From contig JAYVGX010000034.1 of NCBI GenBank assembly GCA_043771685.1, forward strand, positions 11,690-75,689: DNA of 64,000 nucleotides, written 5' to 3'. The notes under the pieces were generated by a model. The model was not told where the DNA came from. It was given only the letters and a program-made list of their open reading frames with translations, and made no database searches. The translations under genes and the position numbers were made by a program. The DNA comes from Minisyncoccota bacterium (GTDB taxonomy: Bacteria; Patescibacteriota; Minisyncoccia; Phycocordibacterales; UBA9973). Positions 28,806 to 39,100 of this stretch are shown one piece after another; within the stretch, counting starts at the first letter, position 1; every line of letters starts with the position of its first letter.

Positions 28806-29321
28806 TTAAATACTAAACCCCATTATCATTGGTATGATCATTATTCCTAAAACTAGTAGTAACATTATAAATTTTGCGATAGCTTTATTTAATTTAGTTT
28901 GATTAAAGTTTTTATACCCAGCATAAACACCATGCAAACCTAAAATATCATCAATACCTTTAACCTGAACTATTTGAAAAAAAGGTAATTTTGATAAAAA
29001 ATAAATAAAAGCTGAATATGTAATCATAAAAATTACTATTATTTTTAACATTATATATTCATATACTTCATGAATAAATTGTATTTCAATATTAATATAA
29101 TAAAAATAAAATATCAGATCAATAATCAATCCAGCAAGTGAAACAAAAATTAAAATAAAATTTATCTTTGATATAGGCTTTGTTTCTGTTTTAGGTAGTT
29201 TTTGTATTTTCTTTCCTGTTTTAATTCTCATAAAAATAGAACCAACTACTAAAAGTATTAATATAATTCTTATTGTAATAATTAAAAAATTTTCCATTGT
29301 AATATTATACCTTAAATTCAA
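28806..29321 (-). CDS. Hypothetical Ile-rich polytopic membrane protein.
   Basis: 4-5 predicted TM helices. It overlaps the ychF start by 17 nt. Confidence 0.3.
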   Translation of the reverse strand: MNLRYNITMENFLIITIRIILILLVVGSIFMRIKTGKKIQKLPKTETKPISKINFILIFVSLAGLIIDLIFYFYYINIEIQFIHEVYEYIMLKIIVIFMITYSAFIYFLSKLPFFQIVQVKGIDDILGLHGVYAGYKNFNQTKLNKAIAKFIMLLLVLGIMIIPMIMGFSI

Positions 29322-30414
29322 TTACATCGCCATCTTTAACAATATACTCTTTGCCTTCGGTGCGAACTTTGCCTTTCAACCGTGCCTCACCATAAGAACC
29401 AGCGTCTAATAAGTCGCTCCAGAAAACTATTTCAGCTCTGATAAATTTGTCTTTAAAATCGGTATGGATGGCTTGGCCTGCAACTGGTGCGGTGCTACCT
29501 TTGGCTATTGTCCACGCGCGAGTTTCCTCGACTCCGGTTGTAAAATATGTATCGAGCCCTAGTAATTTGTAACAACCAGAAATCAGGTCATTTATACCGT
29601 CATGCTCACCACCGAGTTCACGACGAAACATTTCTTTTTCTTCACCTTCGAAGTCTTTTAGTTCGTCTTCGATTTTTGCATCGATGAGTATAAACTGTGA
29701 GCCACTTTTTAAAATGTCATCAGTAAGTTCTTTGAAATACTCTGGCTTTTCTTCATCGAGATTTTTCACTCCAGCTTTTTTATTTAGACCATAGATCATC
29801 GGCTTCATTGTTAACAAATTCAATTGTTTTACTTTCTTTAATTCTTCTTCTGTTGTTTCAACAATATTTGCCAACTTACCTTGTTCTAAAATTTGTTCGA
29901 TTCGCTTTAGAACAGTTTCTTCTATGATAGCCTCTTTGTCGCCTCTTTTTACGTCTTTTTGTAAATTGTTTATTCTCTTGGTGACAGTTTCGAAATCGGC
30001 AAGTATTAGCTCCAAGTTTATAACAGTCATATCTCGCACTGGGTCTACATTGCCGTAAACGTGAGCTATCTCGGTTGCACCGCCAGCAATCGGGAAAAGA
30101 CGCACCATGTGTAGGATGGCATCCGTTTCTCGGATATTTGAGAGGAATTTATTACCTAGGCCTTCACCTTTACTTGCACCCTCGACGAGCCCTGCGATGT
30201 CGACGAATTCTACAACGGCTGGTATCGTCCGATTGGTTTTTGAAAAGTCTGCGAGTTTATATAGTCGGTCATCAGGCACAGGAACTATACCAACAGATGG
30301 GTCGATAGTACAGAAAGGATAGTTTTCTGCTGGAACACTCTTTTTTGTAAGCGCATTGAACAATGTCGATTTACCGACATTTGGAAGACCTACGATTCCT
30401 ATAGATAGTGACAT
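29305..30414 (-). CDS. ychF: Ribosome-binding ATPase YchF (Obg-family).
   Basis: IGIVGLPNVGKSTLFNALT G1 motif and a C-terminal TGS domain (...GKEYIVKDGDVIEFKV). Confidence 0.9.
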   Translation of the reverse strand: MSLSIGIVGLPNVGKSTLFNALTKKSVPAENYPFCTIDPSVGIVPVPDDRLYKLADFSKTNRTIPAVVEFVDIAGLVEGASKGEGLGNKFLSNIRETDAILHMVRLFPIAGGATEIAHVYGNVDPVRDMTVINLELILADFETVTKRINNLQKDVKRGDKEAIIEETVLKRIEQILEQGKLANIVETTEEELKKVKQLNLLTMKPMIYGLNKKAGVKNLDEEKPEYFKELTDDILKSGSQFILIDAKIEDELKDFEGEEKEMFRRELGGEHDGINDLISGCYKLLGLDTYFTTGVEETRAWTIAKGSTAPVAGQAIHTDFKDKFIRAEIVFWSDLLDAGSYGEARLKGKVRTEGKEYIVKDGDVIEFKV

Positions 30415-30465
30415 CCCAATAATATACCAAAATACAACGCAAAAGTCACATTTTAAATAAAGGTT

Positions 30466-30499
30466 GTATTGTATTTTTTAATTTTGTCTTGTATAATTA
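30466..30499 (+). promoter_or_regulatory. Putative sigma70-like promoter for the adenosine deaminase-like gene. Near-leaderless.
   Basis: TTGTAT..17 nt..TATAAT (30494-30499), with the ATG at 30509. Confidence 0.25.
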
Positions 30500-30508
30500 A
30501 ATTTTGAA

Positions 30509-31441
30509 ATGAACGAATTAAAGACACTAAAGAAAGCAAATTTCCATTTACATCTCACTGGAGCTTTAACTGCGGATGATTTAAGATATTTATCTAAAAT
30601 TACAAAGATTGATATATCCTTATTCGAACCACTGGAAAATAAGTATATATTCCAAAATAATACTATTTGGGATATAGCAAAAAAAATTATATCCACAGAA
30701 AAAGGCCTGTGCGAGGCAATTAAATTAGTCTTACAAAGAGAGGTAGATGATAATGTAATATATGTCGAAATAACAATAAATCCATTTGGTTTAATACATA
30801 GGGGTATGAAAATACCTTCTATTATTAATGGAATAAAATTAGGTTGTGCTTTTGGAGAAACTATAGGAATAAAATGTAAGATTAAATTTGGAATTAATAG
30901 AAAAGATGGAATTGAATCTGTTCAAGCAGTAAATGAAGTGTTCAACGCTTGTCCTGAAGATTTACGACTTTGCATTGATCTTAATGGCAATGAAAGAAAG
31001 TACCCAACAATATTATTTTTAAATGATTTTAAAAAGCTTATAGCTAACAAAATACCTGTAAGTTTACATGTAGGAGAATTTATAGGATTAAACCATTCTC
31101 TATTAAATACTGTCAACATCAAACCAAAAAGAATAGCCCATGCAGTAGCATTCCAAGATCACCCAAAAATATTGAATAAAATTTTAAAAAATAAAATACT
31201 AATAGAATTATCCCCTATCTCAAATAATAAAACTGGATCAATAAAAAATATTCAGGATCACCCAATCAAGGAATTAATCCGAAAAAATGTTCTCATAGGT
31301 ATAGGAAGCGATGACCCTGCTTTCTTTAAATCCTCAATGACACTAGAACTTGAAGCGATTCATTTAATGGGAATACCAATCGCTAAAATTATTGAAGTAA
31401 ACAATAAAAGCCTAGAAATAGCTGGTATTCAGCTATTATGA
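30509..31441 (+). CDS. Adenosine/adenine deaminase family metal-dependent hydrolase.
   Basis: HLHL (HxH metal site), SLHVGE (HAGE), IAHAV and SDDPAFF (TDDP) motifs in canonical order. Confidence 0.7.
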   Translation: MNELKTLKKANFHLHLTGALTADDLRYLSKITKIDISLFEPLENKYIFQNNTIWDIAKKIISTEKGLCEAIKLVLQREVDDNVIYVEITINPFGLIHRGMKIPSIINGIKLGCAFGETIGIKCKIKFGINRKDGIESVQAVNEVFNACPEDLRLCIDLNGNERKYPTILFLNDFKKLIANKIPVSLHVGEFIGLNHSLLNTVNIKPKRIAHAVAFQDHPKILNKILKNKILIELSPISNNKTGSIKNIQDHPIKELIRKNVLIGIGSDDPAFFKSSMTLELEAIHLMGIPIAKIIEVNNKSLEIAGIQLL

Positions 31442-32167
31442 TTTTTTAAAATCATAATATACTTTTGAGTCTAATTCGTTTAAAAAATTTAAAACTTTAT
31501 TTTTGACTTTCAAAGAAGAAAGCCCACTACCATAATTTTTCATTTTTAATTTTAATAGTTCCTTTGCTTTAATTTTTAAATTTAAGTTTCTATCAAATAC
31601 ATCACATATATCATCCCTATTCTTAGGAAGAATGTCATAAAAAGCAAGTGCATAAATAGTACTACTTAAAGAAAGTTTCAATAGTCTTCTTTTAAGAATG
31701 TCTTCATCTAAAGAAGAAATCATAAGCTTTCGTGCATTGTACTTTAATGAGTTTATTACTTTTATACATTCTTCCTTGAGTTCATAATCAGAAAAAATAT
31801 TATCATCAAATAATTTTTTTCCATATATCAATTTACCATACATTAGAATCTCCTTTTGAATAAAAACAGCTCTATTATTATGCCAAAATAATTTATCTCG
31901 TGTACCAATCATTTCATCAACAGTATGAATACTAATATCCAATTTTATTCCGTTATTTTTGTATTTTTGATTTAGCGTTTTTATAAATTCCAAATTATTA
32001 ACACTTAATTTTTTTTCAAAAACAATAATAAGATCGATATCACTCAGGCTTCCGAAAGCTTTATATAGAGTACTTCCATATACATATATAGAAACGATAT
32101 TGTGAAGAGAATTAAGTAAATCTGTCTTTAGAAGGTCTAGTATTTTAATTCTTTGTTTGATATTCAT
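31436..32167 (-). CDS. Pol-beta-superfamily nucleotidyltransferase (minimal NTase with helical C-terminal domain; KNTase/Lnu/LicD-like).
   Basis: YVYGSTLYKAFGSLSDIDLIIVF matches the GS-x(9-13)-DxD NTase signature. Confidence 0.55.
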   Translation of the reverse strand: MNIKQRIKILDLLKTDLLNSLHNIVSIYVYGSTLYKAFGSLSDIDLIIVFEKKLSVNNLEFIKTLNQKYKNNGIKLDISIHTVDEMIGTRDKLFWHNNRAVFIQKEILMYGKLIYGKKLFDDNIFSDYELKEECIKVINSLKYNARKLMISSLDEDILKRRLLKLSLSSTIYALAFYDILPKNRDDICDVFDRNLNLKIKAKELLKLKMKNYGSGLSSLKVKNKVLNFLNELDSKVYYDFKKS

Positions 32168-32172
32168 AATAT

Positions 32173-32658
32173 CTATATCAAATTATCTTTAATTGCTTTC
32201 AAAATCATTGGCTTGGCAATAGGAGATATTTTTACATTATCCAAATCTTGGATATCTACAAATTGAGATCCTAAAGAATCTTCTCCGTCGGCACCAATCT
32301 TAATATCATCAGAAAAAAGTGATACTAGAAAATACGTTCCCGTATGATGAAAGTTGAGTAGAACTTCTTTCGCAGTTTTATATTCACAAAAATATTCATT
32401 CATACTCAAAAAATTCAAATCTTTAATTTCACAACCAACTTCTTCGATAAATTCTCTCCTTAATGCCTGTTCTAGAGTTTCATTTTTTTCTATCTTACCT
32501 CCAGGCAGATCAAACATTCCTTCATAAGGGCCTCTACTTTTTTTTATAAGTAACACCTTTAAATTTTTTATATAAATTCCATACACTCCCACATGTGCCC
32601 ACAATTCTAGTTCTTTATTCATATTTTTGAAAATTAGTTTTAATACTCTCTTTTGCAA
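32173..32658 (-). CDS. NUDIX hydrolase.
   Basis: Nudix box GGKIEKNETLEQALRREFIEEVG. Confidence 0.75.
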   Translation of the reverse strand: MQKRVLKLIFKNMNKELELWAHVGVYGIYIKNLKVLLIKKSRGPYEGMFDLPGGKIEKNETLEQALRREFIEEVGCEIKDLNFLSMNEYFCEYKTAKEVLLNFHHTGTYFLVSLFSDDIKIGADGEDSLGSQFVDIQDLDNVKISPIAKPMILKAIKDNLI

Positions 32659-33697
32659 TTCTTGTCAAATTTGTAATTGTATTTTTAGCCAAGAAAGAAA
32701 TTCTATCTTGCTCCTTATCATCAAGCAACTGAACTTTAAAAATACAGTTAATGAATTCAAGTTGATTATTGTACAAAAAACCATTATTATTATTAAAAAT
32801 TAAATCCATATGCCCCTCTACATTTGAAACTATCGGAATCACCCCTGCTTGCATTGCTTCTATTAAAGAAAATGGTAACCCCTCTATTACGCTATTTGAA
32901 ACAAAGAACTTAGAAACCAATAAGTAAGACATAACTTCTTCTGGAGATATTCTTCCTAAGAAATTAACAGTTGGATATTTTTTTCTAAGCTTCGTCAACT
33001 CCCTGCCATCACCTATCATAATTATTTTATCTAACATATTTAGGATTTTAAAAATGTCCAACAGTTGATAGACCCCTTTATCCCTAACCATCCTTCCAAC
33101 ATAGATAAATTCATATTTTTTTTTCTTCTCAAACGAGGCAACCTCTATAACTTTAAAATTTGGACATAAAATAATTTTTTCTGGTGGTACTTTGTATTTT
33201 TTATTTAATAAATAACATTCTGATGGTCCGCATGCTAAATAATAATCTGTATTCTTGTATAATAGTTTTTCAAAAAGAAATTCTATAAGTTGATGGAATC
33301 TTTTCTTACGTTTAATACCTATACACTGTGGGGCATGGTAGTAATTTTTAATTAATTTTCTGTTGTACAAAAAACGACATATTTTCCCTGAATATTCTGT
33401 AAAACTAATTACAATATCGGGTTTATTATTCTTAAAAAACCTCCCAAGATAAAAAACATCGGACAAAATATAATGAAGTTTTCGGCGAAGTGGTAAATGA
33501 ATAATTTTACCGTATTTTATTAAAATTTGCTCATGCTCAATTTGCTGTTCTCCGTATCTATTTCTACTTTTTTCTGGAAAAATAAAATTCAATTCAAATC
33601 CCAAATTTTTTAATTCTGGCGATAAAACAAGAATCGCCTGAAAAATACCAACATATGGACATTCAGTTATTATAAAAATCTTATTTTTCTTCTTCAT
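32615..33697 (-). CDS. Family-1/GT4 glycosyltransferase.
   Basis: C-terminal EGLPFSLIEAMQAGVIPIVSNVEGH motif typical of GT-B retaining glycosyltransferases. Confidence 0.7.
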   Translation of the reverse strand: MKKKNKIFIITECPYVGIFQAILVLSPELKNLGFELNFIFPEKSRNRYGEQQIEHEQILIKYGKIIHLPLRRKLHYILSDVFYLGRFFKNNKPDIVISFTEYSGKICRFLYNRKLIKNYYHAPQCIGIKRKKRFHQLIEFLFEKLLYKNTDYYLACGPSECYLLNKKYKVPPEKIILCPNFKVIEVASFEKKKKYEFIYVGRMVRDKGVYQLLDIFKILNMLDKIIMIGDGRELTKLRKKYPTVNFLGRISPEEVMSYLLVSKFFVSNSVIEGLPFSLIEAMQAGVIPIVSNVEGHMDLIFNNNNGFLYNNQLEFINCIFKVQLLDDKEQDRISFLAKNTITNLTRIAKESIKTNFQKYE

Positions 33698-34562
33698 ATA
33701 GTGAAAAAATATATGCTAAATCTTTTTGAACTTCTAATTCATAGCCTTCGGGTTTTCTTTTCACAAAAGCAGCGCAATGTTCTAGTGGAATAATTGGAAG
33801 AAATATTGATATTTTCTTTTCTAATTCATCTTTAGAAATTTTTGTGTTATGAGCATATTTATCTACTATTTCTCTTAATACGAGACCCTTATCCATTCCA
33901 TGCTGCACAACACAATCATAAATTAGTTTGGCTAAATCTTGAGCTGGATCACTAATATTTGAATACTCCCAATCTATTAAACTCGGTTTTCCTTCTTCTG
34001 GAACAAGAAGATGCCTTAATCTTAAATCTCTATGAACTATAGAGAAATATTTTGTTGCGAGCTTGTCAATTTTTGCAAGTATCCACTCAGAAACTTCCCT
34101 GTCTAAATCAAAACTCCCACTTACCGTTTCTATTCTATCTCCGGTAAATTTTCTTACATACGAATTATATTCACTAGCTTTTGTTCTAGTTCTTAAAACT
34201 GGTTGATCAGTTTTAATTAGTGAATGTAGCTCAGAAGCACTCTCTATTAAATAAGCAAGAACTTCTTCTTTTGTAGGTTGTTTTTTTACATCAACATATT
34301 CCATTTTTATATAACCCTCATCAACAGATGCTGATTTAACTTCTGGAACCCTAAAAGAGTCTAAAGACGTAAATAAAGTATTTGTCAGCCAACTTATTTC
34401 ATTTCTCATCTCATAACTATTAGGAATATGAGCTTTAATTAAATAAACTAATCCATTTTCTTCAACTCGTCTTGTCTCATGCCATTGTTTAAAATTTTCC
34501 ATATCTAGTATAGATATTAACACAAAAATATAATCGTGTAAATATGTTGTACTGTTAACCAT
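33681..34562 (-). CDS. Choline/ethanolamine-kinase-like phosphotransferase (APH/ChoK fold, LicA-like).
   Basis: Brenner-type HRDLRLRHLLV and the IDWEYSNISDP motif (IDxEYS characteristic of choline kinases/APH). Confidence 0.55.
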   Translation of the reverse strand: MVNSTTYLHDYIFVLISILDMENFKQWHETRRVEENGLVYLIKAHIPNSYEMRNEISWLTNTLFTSLDSFRVPEVKSASVDEGYIKMEYVDVKKQPTKEEVLAYLIESASELHSLIKTDQPVLRTRTKASEYNSYVRKFTGDRIETVSGSFDLDREVSEWILAKIDKLATKYFSIVHRDLRLRHLLVPEEGKPSLIDWEYSNISDPAQDLAKLIYDCVVQHGMDKGLVLREIVDKYAHNTKISKDELEKKISIFLPIIPLEHCAAFVKRKPEGYELEVQKDLAYIFSLYEEEK

Positions 34563-34809
34563 ATGAGGTGATATCCGAATATATTCAACCCCTTGGAATT
34601 ACCTGAAATTATTTAAGGCTAAAGGTATAATTGAAAGCTCTTATCTTTTACGGAATATTTTTTAAACCCATAATCTACGGCTCTTTGCAATGGAGACGGA
34701 ATCTTTATAGTAAAGGAGAATGGAATAGAATGTCGAGGTACATCTTGACTGTACCTATAAATAGTGACATCAGTCTAATATATCAGAAATAAAGGGTTTT
34801 TCAAAATAC

Positions 34810-35790
34810 CTACTTTAACATCTGAGTTACGAGCGCAGTCATTTGGTCTTTTTTGTTTGGATTACTTTCAGCGATGAGCAATGTAAGCGCGGTCAAGCTG
34901 GCAGGGTTAATATTGCGAGATTTTTTAGCACGGGCTTTACGTAAAAACCAAATAAATGAAAAAGCTCCGGAACGCTTGTTCCCGTCTACATACGGATGAT
35001 TTTTGACCATAAAATAAAGTAAGTGTGATGCCTTTTCTTCGATACTTGGATACACATCTTTACCACCAAATGATTGCATAACATTACCTACGATACCTTC
35101 GACGCTTCCAGTATTTCTTTCTTGTGCAAAGATATCGGTAGCTTCATCTTTTCTCAAAAGTTCATTTCGAAAGCTTGAAATAGCTTGGGTTAATTCTTCC
35201 CCATTTAGTTTAACTGATTTTTTAGTTGTACCGATACTTTCTAAATTGTCGTGGTCATATGCATCCAGTGATACCCACGTAGATGAGAATTCTTTCACTA
35301 ATTCTAGTATTGCCTTTGGATCGAGAGTGACGTGTTCAGGTAGTAGATTCTGAATATCGCCTACTGCTTTCATAAAAGAATCATAATTCTTTCCAATCTG
35401 CTTGCGGTTTATTGTGTAGCCTTTGGTGATATGTTCTTTCAATGTTTTAGTAGCCCAGATGCGAAACTGAGTACCTATTACAGAGTTAATCCTATATCCA
35501 GTAGCGATAATCAAGTCTAAATTATATAATTTTACAGTTCTTTTGATTTCTCTTGAGCCCTCAATTTGAACTTGTAAGGATTCCTTACAAGTTGCTTTAC
35601 TACTTAATTCTCCATCCTTATAAATATTATTAATATGCAAAGTTATGTTTTGCGGAGTAACATCAAACATTTGAGCTATCTGCGCCTGCGTAGCCCAAAG
35701 TGTCTCGTGCGAAAAATCCCCACGGAGCTCGAGTGCCCCATTTTTAGCTTGATAGATTATCAACTCTTTATTTTTTGTAATCTTTTTCAT
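34810..35790 (-). CDS. RhuM-family N-terminal domain fused to a C-terminal Fic/Doc domain.
   Basis: N-terminus LDLIIATGYRINSVIGTQFRIWATKTLKEHI is the RhuM signature. C-terminus NHPYVDGNKRSGAF is the Fic/Doc motif HPFx(D/E)GN(G/K)R. Confidence 0.7.
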   Translation of the reverse strand: MKKITKNKELIIYQAKNGALELRGDFSHETLWATQAQIAQMFDVTPQNITLHINNIYKDGELSSKATCKESLQVQIEGSREIKRTVKLYNLDLIIATGYRINSVIGTQFRIWATKTLKEHITKGYTINRKQIGKNYDSFMKAVGDIQNLLPEHVTLDPKAILELVKEFSSTWVSLDAYDHDNLESIGTTKKSVKLNGEELTQAISSFRNELLRKDEATDIFAQERNTGSVEGIVGNVMQSFGGKDVYPSIEEKASHLLYFMVKNHPYVDGNKRSGAFSFIWFLRKARAKKSRNINPASLTALTLLIAESNPNKKDQMTALVTQMLK

Positions 35791-35891
35791 AAATTTACTT
35801 ATCCCACAGTGAGCATCTTTCCGTGTAGTCAGCTTGCTCTACTACTGCAATTATACCATTTTTGTTATCGTAAATCACTACGGATAATAAA

Positions 35892-36173
35892 CTATTGGTT
35901 AACTTTAACTACGAGTCCTATGCTTGCTAACATATCTGCAACTCTTTCACAACTTTCCTTATCTCCTTCGTAAACTTTAGCGCTACCGAATTGATCTACC
36001 ACATATGCATAATGAGATGCTGTGTCACTTGAACATCCGATAGCACACATTAGTTGTTCTATCACATCATCAAAAGTATGACAATTACAATTAAAAAGAA
36101 TCACATTCCAGATCAATTCTGGTTTTATCGAGGTTATTGTTTTTAGATTAATTTTAGTTATCGTTTCAGACAT
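35892..36173 (-). CDS. clpS: ClpS-like Clp-protease adaptor, 4 nt downstream of hsdR.
   Basis: IWNVILFNCNCHTFDDVIEQLMCA...ASHYAYVVDQFGSAKVYEGDKESCERVADML aligns to the ClpS core (YKVILLNDDYTPMEFV...AVH..G.A.C.V...E.AE.KV). Confidence 0.55.
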   Translation of the reverse strand: MSETITKINLKTITSIKPELIWNVILFNCNCHTFDDVIEQLMCAIGCSSDTASHYAYVVDQFGSAKVYEGDKESCERVADMLASIGLVVKVNQ

Positions 36174-36176
36174 ACA

Positions 36177-39100
36177 CTATGCGGGTTGAAATTCTCTATA
36201 AACACGGACTGTTTCCATATAAATAGATTCTATTAAGCGTTCTGTCTGCATTACTTCGGTGATTCCTTTTTGAATCAAAAGAAGTCTTACATTCTGACGA
36301 ATACGAGCTTTGATGGTTTCGTTGTTTGTCCAATCAATAGTTAAGTCTCTACGAATACGCTTCGTAAGTTCCTTAACAAAGTCTTTTATATCTATTCCTG
36401 ACTTTTTAAGATCAGGGTCTGTTTGTAAGGTGTCGTAGAAAGTTATCTCTTCAGGTGAAAGTCCGAGCGAATGGCTTTCTTCATCAAGTTTCTTGATTTC
36501 ATCTGCAATCCCAAGGAGTTGTTTAATTACCTCCGCTGAACTAATAATATTATTCTCATACTTCTCAATAACTTTTTTTAGTAAATCAAGCATAGTCTCG
36601 TAACGAGCTTTATTATTTTTTGAACGAGCTTTAATTTCAGTTTCCAGCAATTTTCTTGTTGCGTCTATAGCAAAATTTTTGAATTTTACATTTTTTATTT
36701 CTTCCTCAAATTTTTTATCAAAAATTGATATTTGTTTTGTATTTTTACCTTCACCAAACAAATTAATAACCCCTTCTGCTTGCATAGATTGATCAAGTAA
36801 ATTTCTTATCGCACTCTCAGCCTCTTCAGGGAAAATGGTTCCAGGAATATAACCTATTTTTTTAATATATTCTTTTATCGCTTGGTAGAAAGTAATATTT
36901 GATGAAAATACCAAAGCTTTTTCGTCAGGCATAATTGATGCGTGAAGTTTCGAAATAAGTGAGACAAGTTCAAAATATTTCATTTTTCTATCATCTGATA
37001 AAACAGAATTATTTGAGATAACACATTCACTTGCTTCTTGTAAAAGTAGAGAAAGTTCCTGACCACTTTTTTGTTTATATGAATTAAAATTTAGATTACC
37101 AAAATAACCTTTTATCTTTTCATCAAGTTCTTGTATTTTTTGAACAACATCGTCAACTTGAATAATCGCATTCTGATCAATCTTTCCATCATACATCGAT
37201 AGTGCTTTCTTTAAATTTTCTGCAAGTCCAATATAATCCACGATCAATCCAGCTGGCTTATCTTTATGTACTCTGTTTACACGAGCAATTGCCTGCATGA
37301 GACCATGATTCTTTAATGGTTTATCAAAATACATTGTATGTACGCTTGGTACATCAAAGCCGGTAAGCCACATATCACAAACTATAACAAGACGTAATGA
37401 GTCTTTATTGCTTTTAAATCTCTTTTCAAGATTTTTAGTATTACGTTCTTTTTGCATAGAATCTTTATACTCATCGCTATTTGAAATTACCACAGCACAC
37501 TCTGGGGCATCCTTAATTTTTTGTATTTCTTGATATAAAGATACCGCAATTCTACGACTCATAGTTACAATCATACCCTTGCCTTCAATTGGTCTTTGAT
37601 TAAAATGCTGTACAATATCTTTTGCAATTTGTTCAATGCGACTCTGCGTACCAACAACTTTTTCAAGAACAGTCCATTCTTTTTGAATTTTTGTTTTTTC
37701 CTCTATAACAATATCACCAAGAAGTTCATCAAATAATGAATTTATGTCTTCTTTTGCAATACCGAGTGGTACGAGTCGTGCTTCATAAATAATATCGACG
37801 GTAGCACCATCTTTAACTGCTTCACTTAATTTATATTCACTAACAATATTACCGAAGACTCGCTGTGTATTCTGACCATCTTCTTTCGCAACAGGTGTAC
37901 CAGTAACAGCCAAGAAACTTGCTTGGGGTAATGCTTTTCGTACGTTTCCAGCAAGTCCGCTATATTGTGTACGGTGAGCTTCGTCAGCAAGAACAATAAT
38001 ATTTTCTCTTTGTGAGAAATAACTAAATTCTTCTTTATAGTCTTGAAATTTTTGAATTGTTGAAAAAATAAGCCTACTAATTCCATTATCAAGTTGCTTA
38101 ATCTGGTCACGTAAATCAAGAATACTTCCTGCTCGATGAGATACATCCTTGTACCCAACTCGTGCGAAAAGTTTTGAAAGCTGGTCATCAAGGTCTTCAC
38201 GATCAGTCAAAAATAGATATGCAGGACTTTTAAGTTCCTCAATGTTCTTAGTCTTATTCACATAGAAAACCATAGAGAGTGATTTGCCAGATCCTTGTGT
38301 GTGCCAAAAAACCCCAATCTTATGATCTTGTTCTCCACGCACTGCACGGAGTGTACTTTCAACCGTTGTATTTACTCCATAGTACTGATGGTACAAACAC
38401 ATCTTTTTTGTAAATGTTACCGCTTCACCATCTCCATCTGCTTCAAAAACAAAGAAGTTTTGCAAAACATCCAACAGTCGTGTTCGATCAAATAATCCTT
38501 TAGCTAGTACTTCTAGTTGATTAGTATTCTTTGGTGCGTCAGTAGGGGTTGTAATACCTTTCCATGTTCCATATCTTTCCCATGAAGATGAAATGGTTCC
38601 GTGTCGCGCGTTAATAAGATCGGAAAGACCGATAACTTGATTATATAAAAATAGTTTTGGTATTTCTTTCTTATATCTTTCTACTTGTCTGTATGCTTCA
38701 CCAATTGTAGCTCCACCGTGTACAGCGCTCTTTAATTCAAAAAGACCGATAGGTAATCCATTAATGAAAACAACTACATCAAGACGACAAGTAGAATCTA
38801 TTCCCTGAACTGTAAACTGTCTTACGGCTAAAAACTCATTTGAATCTGGATTATTAAAATCAACAAGTTTTACTAGGTCAGTTTTTTCTTCTTCGTTTCC
38901 ACGCCAAGAAGTTTTCTTGCCATTCACAAGCCATGAGTAAAATTCTTTATTACCAAGCATTAGATCATTGTGATGATAATCTGCAATATCTTTTACCACC
39001 ATTTCTGCTTGCTCTGCAGGAAGTGATGGGTTGATTCTACGAATAGCACCAAGGAGTCTGTCTTTCAAAACAACACCTCGAAAATCCTCACGCTCTGCAC

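Noticed and set aside
30075-30322. Plus-strand ORFs inside ychF (Arg/Pro-rich).
   Set aside because: Antisense to a highly conserved GTPase. GC-skewed codon artefact.
35635-35973. Plus-strand 112-aa ORF spanning the rhuM-fic start and clpS end.
   Set aside because: Antisense overlap of two well-supported minus-strand genes.
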